This document shows, piece by piece, positions 1-22,332 of a stretch of DNA of 64,000 nucleotides. The position numbers and the translations under genes were made by a program. This DNA comes from the human T2T-CHM13v2.0 reference genome, Homo sapiens, in NCBI GenBank assembly GCA_009914755.4, contig CP068257.2, positions 41,888,001 to 41,952,000 of the forward strand. The letters run 5' to 3'. The notes below the pieces were generated by a model, which ran no database searches, was not told the DNA's origin, and saw only the letters and a program-made list of their open reading frames with translations. The number at the start of each line of letters is the position of its first letter. The first letter of the stretch is position 1.

Positions 1-223
1 TCTCAATCTCCTGGGCTCAAGCCATCCTCCCACCTCGGCCTCCCAAGAAAGAGGGACCACAGAACATGTGGCCACGCCCAGTTAATTTTTCACATTTTTT
101 TGTAGAGACGGTGTCTCACCACACTGCCCAGGCTGGTATCAAACCCCTGGGCTCAAGCAATCCTTCCACCTCAGTCTCCCAAAGGGCCAGAATTAGAGGC
201 ATGAACCATTGCAGCCTGCCAGG
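1..223 (-). mobile_element. Alu SINE, 5'-truncated by the window edge
   Basis: Reverse complement of the Alu right and left monomers (…cctcggcctcccaa… / gctaatttttgtatttttagtagagacgg… ending …cctggc). ORF 66-347 lies inside it and is spurious. Confidence 0.85.
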
Positions 224-347
224 TTTTACATTTTTTAAGGGTAATTTTTTAAAAGTAAAAACCAGAAGAATAACATGCAACAGGGACTACACGTGGCTCT
301 CAAAACTCAAAATATTTATTTGGCCCATTACAGAAAAAGTTTTTTGA

Positions 348-771
<424 letters not shown>

Positions 772-2902
772 TCAACAGAAGCAGACACACAGATAACCTG
801 GAATAATAATACAGGAATTTCAGAAAAAGAATCTGAAATAAATATGATCAATAGATGGGAAAACACTGTTTTAAGGTACTTACACTATACCTGAAGCAGC
901 GGATTATTATTTAAAGGTAAACAGTCATGCAATGTATAACATTTCAGAGAGCTTCATTGTCAAATTCTATCAAAAAATTAGAACAGAAATAATAGAAATT
1001 TTAAACAAGTCTTCCAGAAAACAGAAAAGGAGGAAATAAGTCAACTTTTTTTTATGAGGCCAGAATTACACTGACACCAAAACTAGATAAAGATGTTAAA
1101 ATAAAAGAACAGACCAATATCCCTCATAAACAAAGACACGAAAATCCTAAACAAAAAAATAGCAAATTGCATTCAGCAATATATAAAAAGGATAATACTT
1201 CACAGCCAATAGACACTTATTCTAGGAATGGAAGGCTGGCTCATTATTTGCAAATCAGTCAACATCACCTACCGTAACAACAGACTAAAGAAGAAAAAAA
1301 AAATTATCTCTTCAATAAATGCAGAAAAGCCTTTTGACAAAATTCAACATCTGTTCATAACAGTAATAATAATAATAAACCCTCAACAAAACAGGAATAA
1401 AAAGGAACATCCTGAACCAGATTAGGGGCATCTACAAAAAACACACAGCTAACATCATACTTAATGATAGAAGACTGAATGCTTCTTTCCTAAGATGACG
1501 TACAAGGCAAGAATATCCTATCACCCCTATTCAAAATCATACTAGAGATCCTAGCCTGTGCAGTAAGGCAAGAAAAAGAAATAAAAGGTTTATTGATTAG
1601 AAAGGCAGAAATGAAACTGTCTCTATTTGCAGATGATATGATTGTCTATACAGAAAATCCCAAAGAAACTAGAAAAAAAGTTATTAGAACTAATTGAGTT
1701 TAGCAAAGTCACAGAATACAAATTCAACATACAAAGGTCAATTGTATCCACATACTTATAACAAAAAATTAAAAATCTAATGTTTTTTAAAAATTACCAT
1801 ATATTATATAATAGCACCAAAACATGAAACACTTAAGTATAAATCTCATGAAACTATGTGCAAGATTTCTATGCTGAAAACAACAAAACACAGATATAAG
1901 GATCCACAGACATATAGATGGAGAGAATATGCCATATTTATGGACTAGAAGACTCAATATTGTTAAAATGTCAAATCTCCTCAAATTCATCTATATAATC
2001 AATGCAATGCCAACCAAAATCCAAGTTGAAATTTTAGCAGAAATCAACAAGTAATTCTCAAATTTATTTGGAAAAACAAAGGAACTAGACCAGACAAAAC
2101 AATTTAGAGAAAGAGAAATGTTGGGGAATTGCAGTACTAGATTTCAACATTTATGGCCATAAAGAGTGTGGTACTGGTCAAGTGACAGAGCGACAGACAA
2201 AGAGATAAGTGAAATAAAATTAGAGGATCCAAAAACAGACCACAGCTTTGTGAACTCTCAACAAAGGTATACATTCAATTCAATCAAGAAAGAATAACCT
2301 TTACAACAAATGGTGCTGGAAAAATTGAACATCCATATGCAAAAACAAAGAACTTCAATCTATACCTTGCCTAACATACAAAAATTATACAAAAATTAAT
2401 AACATACCTAAATGTAAAACCCCAAATTTTAAAACTTCTGGAAGAAAACAGGAGAAAAATCTTTGTGACCTTGAATTAGGTAACAATTTCCTAGACACAA
2501 AACCAAAAGCATAATCCATACAACTAAATAATTTATTAGCCACACCAAAATTTTAAAAATCTGCTCTTCAAAAGACAGTCACAATGAAAAGACAAGCCAC
2601 TAGATGAGGACAAAACATTTGCAAAACACGTATCTGATAAAGGACCTAAATCCAGAATACACATACATCTCTGAAAACTCAGTAACACAACAGCCCAATA
2701 AAAATAGGGAAAGTGTTTGAAAAGACACTTCACCAAAGGAGATACACAAATGGCAAGCACACAAAAAGATGCTCAGCATCATGGCTATTAGAAAAATGGA
2801 AATTAAATCCATACCTATTAGAATGGCTAAAATTAAAAAATAAAAATCTGAAAATACCAAGTGTTGACAAGAATGAGGAACAACTGGAATGTTCATAGAT
2901 TA

Positions 2903-3376
<474 letters not shown>

Positions 3377-3523
3377 CTATACATTTAAACACATACTTAC
3401 CACATAACTCAGCATATGAGTTATATGCTGAGATAGTTTTATGTCACAACTCATACAATTGTCTACTAACAAGTGAATTTTGTTCTATGTAAATTATAAC
3501 TCAACAAATCTGGCTTTATATTA

Positions 3524-3850
<327 letters not shown>

Positions 3851-3925
3851 AAATTAGATCCCTGGACCCTCTCCCCTATTCCCTGCCTCTGGAAAAATGC
3901 CCTTCCCTAGTAGAGACTGGACATT

Positions 3926-4229
3926 TCTTTTCTTTTCTTTTTTTTTGTGAGACAGAGTCTCACTCTGTCACCCAGGCTGGAGTGTAGTGACGTAATCTCA
4001 GCTCACCGCAACCTCCGCCTCCCAGTTCAAGTGATTGTCCTGCCTCAGCATCCTGAGTAGCTGGGATCACAGGCACCTGCCACCACACCCAGCTAATTTT
4101 TATATTTTTAGTAGAGACGGGGTTTCATCATGTTGGCCAGTCTGGTTTCGAACTCCTGACCTCAGGTGATCCGCCCACCTCAGCCTCCCAAAGTGCTGGG
4201 ATTAGAGGTGTGAACCACCCCACCTGGCC
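3926..4229 (-). mobile_element. Alu SINE (minus orientation)
   Basis: poly-T head then gagacagagtctcactctgtcacccaggctggagtg… ending …cacctggcc. TSD ggacatttcttttc / ggacatttattttc. Confidence 0.95.
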
Positions 4230-5229
4230 TGGACATTTATTTTCTAAAGAATCTCTGGAGGTGAAACATCAGGCACAATTGAGGATGGAGGTTCTGTCTG
4301 GAAAACATGTGGATTAGATAAACACATACCTACAAGCTCTAAGACATTCCCTCTATCTCTACTTTGTTTCCGGAGTTTATAGGCCTTCATCCCTCCAGAA
4401 ATAAGGGTGGGTGAGTCTTCTCCAGACAATCTGAACAACCCAAGACAACACAGTCGAAGATACTGACCTATGGGTTCCCAATTAATTGATGCACCAGCTC
4501 ACACTGCAGAAAAGTTCAGAAGCTCCACCCATATGCTCACAGCTTCCAATCGGCATTATAAATCCCACTGTTAAACATGACCAGACAACCACACATCACC
4601 AGACACCTGAGAAAAAGATAAATGGCTATCATTTTAAACAGGAACAAAAGGAGGACAAAGAAAAGAGATTGTGCAGTGAGAAGAAAAGTTTTAAAAAACT
4701 ATTATTAATATCTTCCTCAAGGAGGTAAAAGAAGCTATATCATCTGTTAAACAAGAATGGGATGCTATTTTTTAAGACAATTAAAAATAAACAGCAGTCT
4801 TAGAAATTAAATGCCTGAGAGTAGAGATGAAAACTTCAATAGGAAGTATGAAAAAAGAAGTTGAGAGTACAGATGTCCCCTCTTATCTGTTGCTAAAACT
4901 TTCTGTGGTAGTGCCGGCATGTGTCAAATACAATCAAACTTGTTCCTGTCAGGTGCTTTCTGACAGTGGCAAAGCTCTCAGGGCACACACTGAGCATTCC
5001 CTCCTCCTATGGGCTTCCTGGCCACCTCCAAAGCACATATGGATTCTGGACCATGTCAGCCACATCTTAGGCAATGCCCCAGGCTCCTTGAGCACCTAGG
5101 AACATGGAGTCATCGAGCAGCAACATAAGCCCATTCTTACAAGCTTCAAAGAACAAGAAGGCAAAAAAAAAAAAAAAATCTTCCTTGACCCCAAACTGGC
5201 CTCCAGTTCTGCCCAGTTCTTGACTCCCT

Positions 5230-6200
<971 letters not shown>

Positions 6201-8214
6201 TAAACTTTTTAAACAGAAATCAGAATACACACCTTCCCTGCTCTCCCACAGATCCTCACTGCACTCATGATGGAGACCCAAGTCCTCGTTCTGGCTGATG
6301 AAGCCCCGCCAGATCAAGCCCTCCTGCTTCCCGGCGTTCCCCTCGTATCACTCATCCATCTGCACCATGCCCCAGGAGCGCCAGCCTGCTCTGCATTTTC
6401 TTAACCAGAATGTTCCTGCCCCAATCTTCACATGTCTTGCTCCTTTCAAATCTCACTCAGTAGAGCAATTCCAGCTCCAACATGCTGAGAACTAAGCTCC
6501 GATTTTTTAAATCTTGCCCAAATTCCTACCTAAGGGGTCTGGGGAGTCATGCCCTACAAACCATGGATTCTCATCAGATGAGTTGTATTTGACCCTATAT
6601 ATTGTGACTTACTTTTCAATCTGACTCTGGCATAACATTATGAGACAAGGACAAAATATTTAACTCCAAAATATATTTCCTTGCCATGCCCTGAAATTGC
6701 CCTGCAAAGTCTTTTGTGGGAAAAATCCACATTCTACAGAGAATCCCCTTCCTCTTTTATTTTCCTTCCTTTCTTTGCAGATCCAGGAGATAATCAATTA
6801 AGAGCCAGGCACCCTTTTAGGTCTGATAAAAAACAATTTACAACCTGCTCTCTCTGAAGTCTGCTATCTACGGGCTTCCTCTGCACAATAAAACTTGGTC
6901 TCCGCAATCCTTTATCTTTAACCTGAACATTCCTTTCCATTGATCCTAGGTCTTCAGACAACCTCAACCAGTTGTCACCCAGAAAATGTTTAAATTTACC
7001 TATCACTTGAAAGCCCCTGCTTTGGGTTGTCCACCTTTCTAAACTAAACCAACGTAATTCTTAAACATATTTGATTGATGTCTCATGCCTTCCTAAAATA
7101 CATTAAACCAAGCTGTACCTCAACCACCTTGAGCTGAATGTTCTCAGGACTTCCTGAGGGCCGTGTCACAGGCCCTCATTATGGTCACTCATAATTAGCT
7201 CAGAATAAATCCCTTCAAATATTTTACAGAGTTTGACACTTTTTGTCAACAATGCAAAGAGCTTAGAAATCAGCACTTCCATCCTTCACTAAGAAAAGCA
7301 GAACAAACAAATCAATGACTTTTCTTGGACCCATCAAAGAATTAAGGCCACCATGAAATCTGGAGAGTCACAACAAGATCTGCTTCCCTGGAGGAAAAGC
7401 TGCTGTAGCCATACCGGTGGGAACATTTAAATGACAAATTGTTGGAAGCTGAGGGTGGACAACCATGAGAATCAGGAACTCCTGGGGGTCGCAGTCTTAG
7501 GGGGGCCCCATATTTTTGTGGATTTTGTCTCTAGGAACCCCATGAGGTTCTCAAAGTGCGAAGAAAGCTCCCTCGTGGCTCTGGCAGGGGGACAGGAAGA
7601 GTAGCCATTATGAATACACCCTGTTTCCAGGGAAAGACCTCACCAGAGCCTTATCTCACCTAAAGGGAAGGGCTTTTCTCCCACTCCAGGCCTCTCTGCC
7701 ATCCCTGACTTACCTAAGCAGGGGAGGGGGTTAAGAAACACTTTTGAAGACCAAAGCCCAGAGACACAGGCCCACTAAAAGATTGAGATGATAAATACTT
7801 CTCCTCTCCACACACACCTTAAATCATACCAACAGAGATGAGAGAGCATAACACGCAACAGGGATTTTTAAAACGGTATTATAGCTGAGAGAGCTGAAAG
7901 ACATCAATTCCATCTAAGGAGGAATTCTTAGGGAAACCCAAAGGGAAGAGGGGAGAATAAACAAGGATGCTAGAAGAGTATAAAGCCTCTGTCCCCTACA
8001 GTAAACACAGCCCAACTCCTAGCCAGATTACCAAAACACCTCACGCTAAAGGCCTATTTTCCTCAGTCCCCATTACACAATAAATCATGTCCAGCTTTCA
8101 ACCAAAAATTGCAAGGCATTCTAAAAGGAAAGAAAAATCACAGTCTGACGAGACAAACCAAGCATCAGAACCAGCTGCACAGATGACAGATTTTAGAAGT
8201 ATCAGATAGGGAAT

Positions 8215-8650
8215 TCAGAATATCTATGATTAATATGCTAATGGCTTTGTATTAGTTTGCCCAGCCTGCCATAACAAAATACCACAAACTGGGTGGCTTA
8301 ACAACATGAATTTATTTTCTCACAGTCTCTAGAGGCTGGAAGTCTGAGATCAAGTTCTCAGCAGGCCTGCTTTCCTCTGAGACCTCCCTCCTTGGCTTGC
8401 AGACGCCACCCTCTTGCTGCCTCTTCATGTGGTCATCCCTCTGTGCACACAGGCCCCTGGGGTTTCTCCATGTATCTTCATCTTCTCTTCTTATAAAGAC
8501 ACCAGTCTCACTGGACTAGGGTCCACCCTAATGGCCCAATTTTACTCTAATGAAAAGTCCCTATCTCTAAATACATTAACATTCTGAGAGACTGAGGGTT
8601 AGAACCTCAACATATAAATGGGGGGTGGGGAGGGGGAGAACACAATTCAA
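8215..8650. mobile_element. Ancient mammalian interspersed repeat (recognised consensus-type sequence, family name not recalled with certainty)
   Basis: ctgccataacaaaataccacaaactgggtggcttaacaacatgaatttattttctcacagtctctagaggctggaagtctgagatcaag…ataaagacaccagtctcactggactagggtccaccctaatggcccaat… is a high-copy repeat I recognise from human DNA. Confidence 0.5.
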
Positions 8651-9674
8651 TATATAACAAATTCTAATGGCAAAGTAGAAATATGAAAGAACAGATGTAT
8701 AATATAAACAGAAATGGAAATTCCAGAAAAGAATCACATTTCAGCTTACATATTCTCTCCTCACAGAGGCCATCCCTTATCGCCCACTCATTGTCAAGCC
8801 CATTAACCTATTTTAGTTCTCTCAATAATAGTTATTCTATGAAATAGGAATAAGTGTTCTTCCTTAGTCTGAAAGCTTCATGAAAGCAGAACATTGGCTG
8901 TGTTGTTCACCACCTTACAGTAAGGGCTCAGTAAATATTTGCTAAATGAATGGAAAGGATTTATTTTATGTGGCTAAGGCTGATGGGATACAAGGGACAC
9001 AAATGATAAGGAAATTTCTGGACAAATTGCATCACTAGTCAAGCTGAAGAGATAGCTATGTGAGCCCCCTGAAAGGGTAAAATAAAACAGGCCACTTTAT
9101 CCATGAGACAAATGCTGTCAAGGGCACAACCCAAATGGAACAACCTCATGAGGACATCATCCTAAGGAAAACATGGAACAACTTCATGAGGACGTCATCA
9201 TAAGGAAAACACTACAGCAGGGTGACAGCCTTTGAGGGGAACACAGACGAAAAGAATGTGAATGGCTGATAACGCACCAAAACTCTGCTCACAACATAGG
9301 TAGAAGAATAACACAGAGCTCAGGTCTAATCATGAAAAGCCTCATTACTTGAGACTGAGAACATTTACGATAGTCATGGCTGAACTTTGGGTTTAAAGAC
9401 ACATGAGGCAACTTAAATGAAAAAGAAAATTGCCTGACATCAGCAGAAAGATGACACAGATGTTCAAATTATCTGATATGATTTATGGTGGTTTTAAATC
9501 GGCCATCAAAAAATTTCTTTAGTGAGCAACTGTGCTAGAAACCAATGAGAAAAAAACAACATATAAAGAAAACCAAAATGGAAAAATTAAAACAGAAAAA
9601 ATAAAATAACTGAAATTAAAATCTTGGTGAAGACAGAATGGAGGGGACAGAGGCAAAAAAAAAAAAAAAAATCA

Positions 9675-16648
<6,974 letters not shown>

Positions 16649-18389
16649 TCAAAATAAGGTTAAAATTTACATAGGGTAAACTGCATAAATCTTATGAGTA
16701 AAATTAAGGTCTAACAGAAATGCATGCACCACAAAAAACATCGCTCTGTCAAGATACAGTGTGTCTCTCCCCCTGCCATGAAGCTCCCTCATGCCCTCCT
16801 GTCCCTTCTAGGCAGCCCAACCCATAAGTGACTGATGCTCTGGTTTCTACCACCCTAGATTAGTTCTGCTTATTCTTGAAAATCACAGGAATGGAGCCAC
16901 ACAGAAAACAAACCCCAATAAAGCACTATTTCACTATTAAAGCTCTGGCAAATGAAAATAAATAAAATTACATTCTGCTTGGTTTCTTCTACAGTTTCTC
17001 AGTTTAGTCCCCTCTTGACATTCTGGGGCTATTTTCTCCTCACAAAGTTCTATCAAGAGCTTGGATGGACATGAAAACCCTGCCTGTATCTCACCACGTT
17101 TCCTCCCAACAGTAGACAGATTTTTTTTGTTAATGTGCTCGCTCATTAAACCATTTGTGAGTGGGAAGGAGTATGGGGCAGAGAATCTACGCTGGTGACC
17201 TGGAGCAGCCAGCGTAACAAGAGGGCCACCAACAACTCTGAACACTGAAACAATCTCAACCAGGCACTCGGAAAGCTCCCCTGGCTGATGGCCTCCAGCT
17301 GGAAGGTCTCAAGTCACAGGTCTCTGCCATGGACAAATGCTTCTGGTAAGCATACGGCCACTCAGTCACATCTATCAGCAGCAGCAGCATCTGGCAGGAA
17401 CTGTGCCTGTGGCTAGGCTTAAATAACTGCACCAATCCACGCTGAACAGCTGAGAAGCAACTGAGTCTACCAGCTGTGCCAGTTCAATTCACAGGCATCC
17501 ACTGCAGGCCCAGCCACTGGACAGAGGATGTACTGCTGGGCAATGACTGGTTATCATTACTGGCAGGCAACATTCTTCCCTACTCTCTGCAGGGATTTGG
17601 GGAGAAAACTCAGAATGAGAGGTAAAGATGTAACCATGCTTCAATAAAATGATGAGGAACTTTAAAATCCCATTTCTTTATACACACAGCCAAACTGAAA
17701 CATCTTATCCTAAAGCTGGTGCACGCTGACTTAGGTTCCTTAGAAAGAAGGCTCCACCAGGCACGGGCATCTGTCTGATAGGAAGCAAGGTCTACAAACT
17801 CCCTCCTTGCCCATACTTCTCTTCACCGCCCCTTCCTATTCTCCATGTCACACTCACTGTCAACATCAAGGTAGCTCAATGTTTCCCAAACTGGGTCCCT
17901 CAGGACACTAGTTCCCCACAATGGTAAGAGGGTTTTCATATGTCCCACGCTCACACCCAGTGGGAAGGGGAAGGGAGGGAAAAACAAAATGGCACTCAGA
18001 GTTAAGTCACAGCTAACTGAGAACAAGGAGATGGCACTGAGACACCCTAGCTCCACATGCCCTTGTGATAGCTCTTGTCGCAGGCATTGATTTCCCAGTG
18101 CCACATTTCTCAGACATGGGCACTCATGCTAACACAAAGAAAACTCACCAAACTCGGCCTGGAGGACACCCTGACAGCTATGCTGGCTCCTTGGTACTTG
18201 CTGGTGGGCTCCTCAGGCACATGCTCACAGGGCCCTATTGTCAACCACACCTTCAAATGACAATAAACAAATCTATCTTTACTTATCTGCTAATTGTCTG
18301 TTTTTCTAAAACTCACACATTAAATGCATAAACTATAATAACACATGAGGCACACTGAGTGTGCAGCACCATGTGGAGGCGCAAACACA

Positions 18390-18560
18390 GACTCTGGAGT
18401 CACTCACCAGCAGCCCCTCGGCAAAGCCATGTCACCTTGCTAGGCCTTTGTTTTCTCATCTATAAACTGGTTTTAAATTCTCTACACCACTATTATAAAG
18501 ACTAAATAAAGGAGGAGATACCAGCAAAACTGTCTATCACACTTGGTAGATAGTAGGCAT
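18390..18560 (+). mobile_element. MIR SINE fragment
   Basis: …cctttgttttctcatctataaactgg… and …tagtaggcattccataaacagtaatt… match the MIR core and 3' region (cctcagtttcctcatctgtaaaatgg / tagtaggcgctcaataaatg). Confidence 0.55.
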
Positions 18561-18740
18561 TCCATAAACAGTAATTTCCAAATTACACAAACTAAAGCCT
18601 CACCCCACCCCCATGCTCTCCTCCAACACCCCATGCCTGCCACATGGGCCTCTGGCTCTGCTAACACACCCCACCTCGGGCGCTTGTACATGTTGATCCC
18701 TCTGGCTGGAACGTGCCTTCCCAGACACCCTAAGAGCTTG

Positions 18741-19197
18741 CTTCGCTTCCTTTCCAACTTGGGCCTGGCAGAATGGCTCCTACAAAGGGTGGCGAGAAGA
18801 AAAAGGGCCGTTCTACCATCAACAAGGTGGTGACCTGAGATACGCCATCAACATTCACAGCACATCCACAGAGTGGCCTTCAAGAAGCGTGCCCCTCAGG
18901 CACTCAAAGAGATTTGGAAATTTGCCATGAAGGAGATGGGAACTCCAGATATGTGCATTGATACCAGGCTCAACAAAGCTGTCTGGACCAAAGGAATAAG
19001 GAATATCCCATACCGCATCCGTGTGCGGTTGTCCAGAAAATGTAAAGAGAATGAAGATTCACCAAATAAACTCTATACTTTGATTACTTATGTACCCGTT
19101 ACTGCTTTCAAAAATCTATAGACAGTCAATGTGGATGAGAACTAACAGCTGATCATCAAATACATCAAATAAAGTTATAAAATTGCCTTAAAAAAAA
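18741..19197 (+). pseudogene. RPL31: Processed pseudogene of ribosomal protein L31 (RPL31)
   Basis: 5' TOP-like start cttcgcttcctttccaacttgggcctggcagaATGGCTCC. Translation gives [21 protein letters not shown]… then …[88 protein letters not shown], i.e. RPL31 with a frameshift and in-frame stop. No introns. AATAAA at about 19168 then poly(A) 19190-19197. Flanking imperfect TSD aagagcttgcttc / aagagctcacttc. Confidence 0.9.
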
Positions 19198-19369
19198 GAG
19201 CTCACTTCCCTCTTCTTTCAGATCTTCGTGTGGATGTCAACCGCTCAGTGGTCTTCCATGACCACTCTAAAATTAAAACACAAAAGCTACCCCTCTCAGG
19301 TCTCCCGCCCTTTACCCTCCATGGCATTAAATATCACAGAGTCCACAGTGCCCTGCGCTGCTTTACTGG

Positions 19370-19500
19370 CGCTGCTGTCTCTCCTCACTGGCTAGCTCCA
19401 TGAAGGCAAGGACTTGGGGCTGTCTGGCTTGCTGCTGTGGCCTCAGTGCCTAGAACAGGACCTGGCACGTAGTGGTGAGTGAATTAGTGATGTTTAGTGA
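19370..19500 (+). mobile_element. MIR SINE 3' fragment
   Basis: …gtgcctagaacaggacctggcacgtagtggtgagtgaattagtgatgttt… resembles the MIR 3' core (agtgcctggcacatagtaggtgctcaataaatgtt…). Confidence 0.4.
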
Positions 19501-19535
19501 TAGACACTGTTTCTAATTATGTAATTAGAAAGAAG

Positions 19536-20790
19536 GAGGACTACTACTAAGTGTAAATCTGATTAAAGATATTGAAGACCTCCATTCAGAAAACTACAAT
19601 ACCCTGTTGAGAGAAAGACGGCCCTAAGCAGTGAAGAAATGTATCATGTCATGTACTGGAGGTCTCAACACTCTAAAAACGTCAATTCTTCCAAACTGAT
19701 CTACAGATTCCATGAAATTTCCATCAAAATCAACACGGTGTCCTTTGTGGAATTTGACAGGCAGATTCTAAAATTTATATGGAAAGGAGACAATAATAGT
19801 GAAGGCATTTTTTGAAGAAAAACAATGTTCGTTCTAGGTATCAAAAACTTATCCATCTTGACAAGAGGCAATGTAGCACTGCAGGATGGGAGACTGGCCG
19901 AGTGCAATGGAGAGCACAGACACAGACCCCACACACGTGTGGGCACCGAGGAGAGTGGGGAAAGCACAGTGCCCTCCGCAGTCAGTGCTGGGTCTGTGAG
20001 AACCCTGGGGAACGCTTAACTTGACCCCTATCACAGAGCATGCCCAAAGATAAATGCAAAAGGCAAAAAGAGAAACCGAGGAGAAAATATAGGCAGATAT
20101 ATTCATGACCTTGAGGTAAGCAGACATTTTCTTAACAGGATACATTAAGCACTCAGAGTACATTCAAATCAGGAACTTCTGTTCATCAAAACATACCATT
20201 AAGAGAAATAAAGCAAGACATGGAGTGGTAAAATAAATGCGCAACTTTAATAAAATCAAAAAAGATTCTGTATCCAGAATATACAAATTCAGACAACCTA
20301 AAAGAAAAAAAGGCAAGAGCTCTGAATAGGTTGTGACAAAAATGGATATCCAAATGGCCAGTAAACACAGGAAAAGGTGCTCCACTTCAGAACTCATAAA
20401 AACAATGCAAATTAAAACCACAATGAGCCAGCCCTCCATCCCCACAGAATGGCTACAATGAAGATCTCTGACAATACCAGGTGTTTCCAAGAAAGAAAAG
20501 CAACCAGAACGCTCCTTTGCTGTTGGTAAATGTTCACACCTGATATAACCACTTTGCAAAACAGCCCAGCATAAACTACTAGAGGTGAAGACATGCACTT
20601 CTATAGATCCCAAACTTCCATTCCTAAAGATAAACGCAACAGGAAAACATGCACATGTCCTTTACCAAACGACAAGTACAAGAATGTTAGAGAAGTACTA
20701 TTTGTAAAGGCCAATAACTAGAAATAATCCAAATGTGCATCAATAGTAAAATGGATAACTAAACTGGTAAATTCATACAATAGAATACAG
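19536..20790 (+). mobile_element. L1 LINE fragment (ORF2 C-terminal half, old L1M), 5' part
   Basis: Translation matches L1 ORF2 (…NYNTLLREIKED…, …FDKGAK…, …HMKRCSTSL…REMQIKTTMRYH…). Continues at 21722 after two DNA-transposon insertions. Confidence 0.8.
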
Positions 20791-20791
20791 G

Positions 20792-21502
20792 TTGAGCATC
20801 ATCAATCTGAAAATCCAAAACCCAAAGTGCTCCAAAGTTGGAAACTTTTTGAGTGCCAACATGATGACACAAGTGAAAAATTCCACACCTGACTTCACAC
20901 GACAGGTTACAATCAAAAGGCAGGCACACAACACACAGTTTATTCAGAGTCACCAAGGGAAAAGAGACCGTTCAGGTCCCTTTGGCTGCGATGTCTTTTC
21001 CATGCAGGCCCGGATTCCCCAATGCAAGCACACCCACAAAGGTAATAAAATGGTGTGTGTGCAGGCCAGTGCACCAAGGGCAGGTTCCCCACATTGCCCC
21101 ATGGAGGGCCAGTAAATACTGTTAAATACTTAGGTGTGCATAAGTGAGAGAAAATGACTGCTTGTCAGCCACTTATAAATTCAGAGTCAGGAATGATGGT
21201 GATGCAAACAACCACAGAATGTCTACATGGGCGGCTCAGAGAGTGACACCTTTACTTTCTGATGGTTCAACATACACAAATTTTGTTTCATGTACAAAAT
21301 TACTAAAAGTACTATATAAAATTACCTTCGGGCTATGTCTATCACAGGTATATGAAATACATATGAACATGTTTAGACTTGGGTCCTATCCCCAAGGTAT
21401 CTCATTATGGATATGCAAATATTCCAAAATCCAAAACAATCTGAAATCTGAAACACTTCCTGTCCCAAGCATTTCAAATAAGGGATATTCAACCTGTACT
21501 AT
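20792..21502. mobile_element. Non-autonomous Tigger-type (Tc1/mariner) DNA transposon with terminal inverted repeats
   Basis: 5' end caggttgagcatcatcaatctgaaaatccaaaacccaaagtgctccaaa…; 3' end …ttccaaaatccaaaacaatctgaaatctgaaac…gggatattcaacctg is its inverted complement. Flanked by TA on both sides. Confidence 0.7.
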
Positions 21503-21506
21503 AGAG

Positions 21507-21721
21507 CAGTGGTTCTCAACCAGGGCGAGGGGCATTTTGCCATCCCAGAGGGCAATCTGAACATCTGGAAACATTTTTGATTGTCACAAGTGGGAGACAC
21601 TATTGGTATCTGGTGGGTAAAGACCAGGAAGACTGCTAAAATCCCTACAGTGAACAGGGCAGCCCCACAGCAGAGCATCATTAAGCCTGAAACGTCAGCA
21701 GTGCTGAGAAACCCTACGAGG
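21507..21721. mobile_element. Short palindromic MER-type non-autonomous DNA transposon (hAT-like), directly adjacent to the Tigger element
   Basis: gcagtggttctcaaccagggcgaggggcattttgccatcccagagggcaatctgaacatctggaaacatttttgattgtcacaagtggg… ending …gtgctgagaaaccctacgagg. Typical consensus structure of the cagtggttctcaacc…ggttgagaac family. Confidence 0.45.
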
Positions 21722-22018
21722 TGGCAGTGAAAATGAACCACAGCTACATGCAACAGCACGATGGACCTCACTAGCAAAGTGCTCAATGAAAAAGCCAACA
21801 TCAAAGTATGGTTTCATTTATATAATGTTCAAAAATGGGAAAATGGGAGTGGGTAGTGATGAGGAAGAAGCACACGCATTTCCTGGGTGCAGGCAACATG
21901 CCATTTCTCACCCTGGGTGGTGGTGAACAAATGTTCCTTTGTAATTATTCTCTGAGCTTCACTTTTATGTTTCTGTACTTTTCTCTAGGTATGCTGTGCT
22001 TCTCATTAAAAATGTTTT
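21722..22018 (+). mobile_element. L1 LINE 3' end (continuation of the 19536-20790 element)
   Basis: Sequence continues L1 ORF2 C-terminus and 3'UTR up to the Alu at 22019. Confidence 0.5.

Positions 22019-22332
<314 letters not shown>

Noticed and set aside
4600-4900. Possible very old L1 ORF1-like fragment (K/E-rich coiled-coil-like translation) upstream of an A-run at 5147-5176
   Set aside because: Similarity is too weak to call without a profile search. Left unannotated.
6780-7260. LTR-like stretch with AATAAA (…gctcagaataaatccc…) that might be a solo LTR
   Set aside because: No recognisable TG…CA termini, TSD or family-specific sequence. Insufficient evidence.
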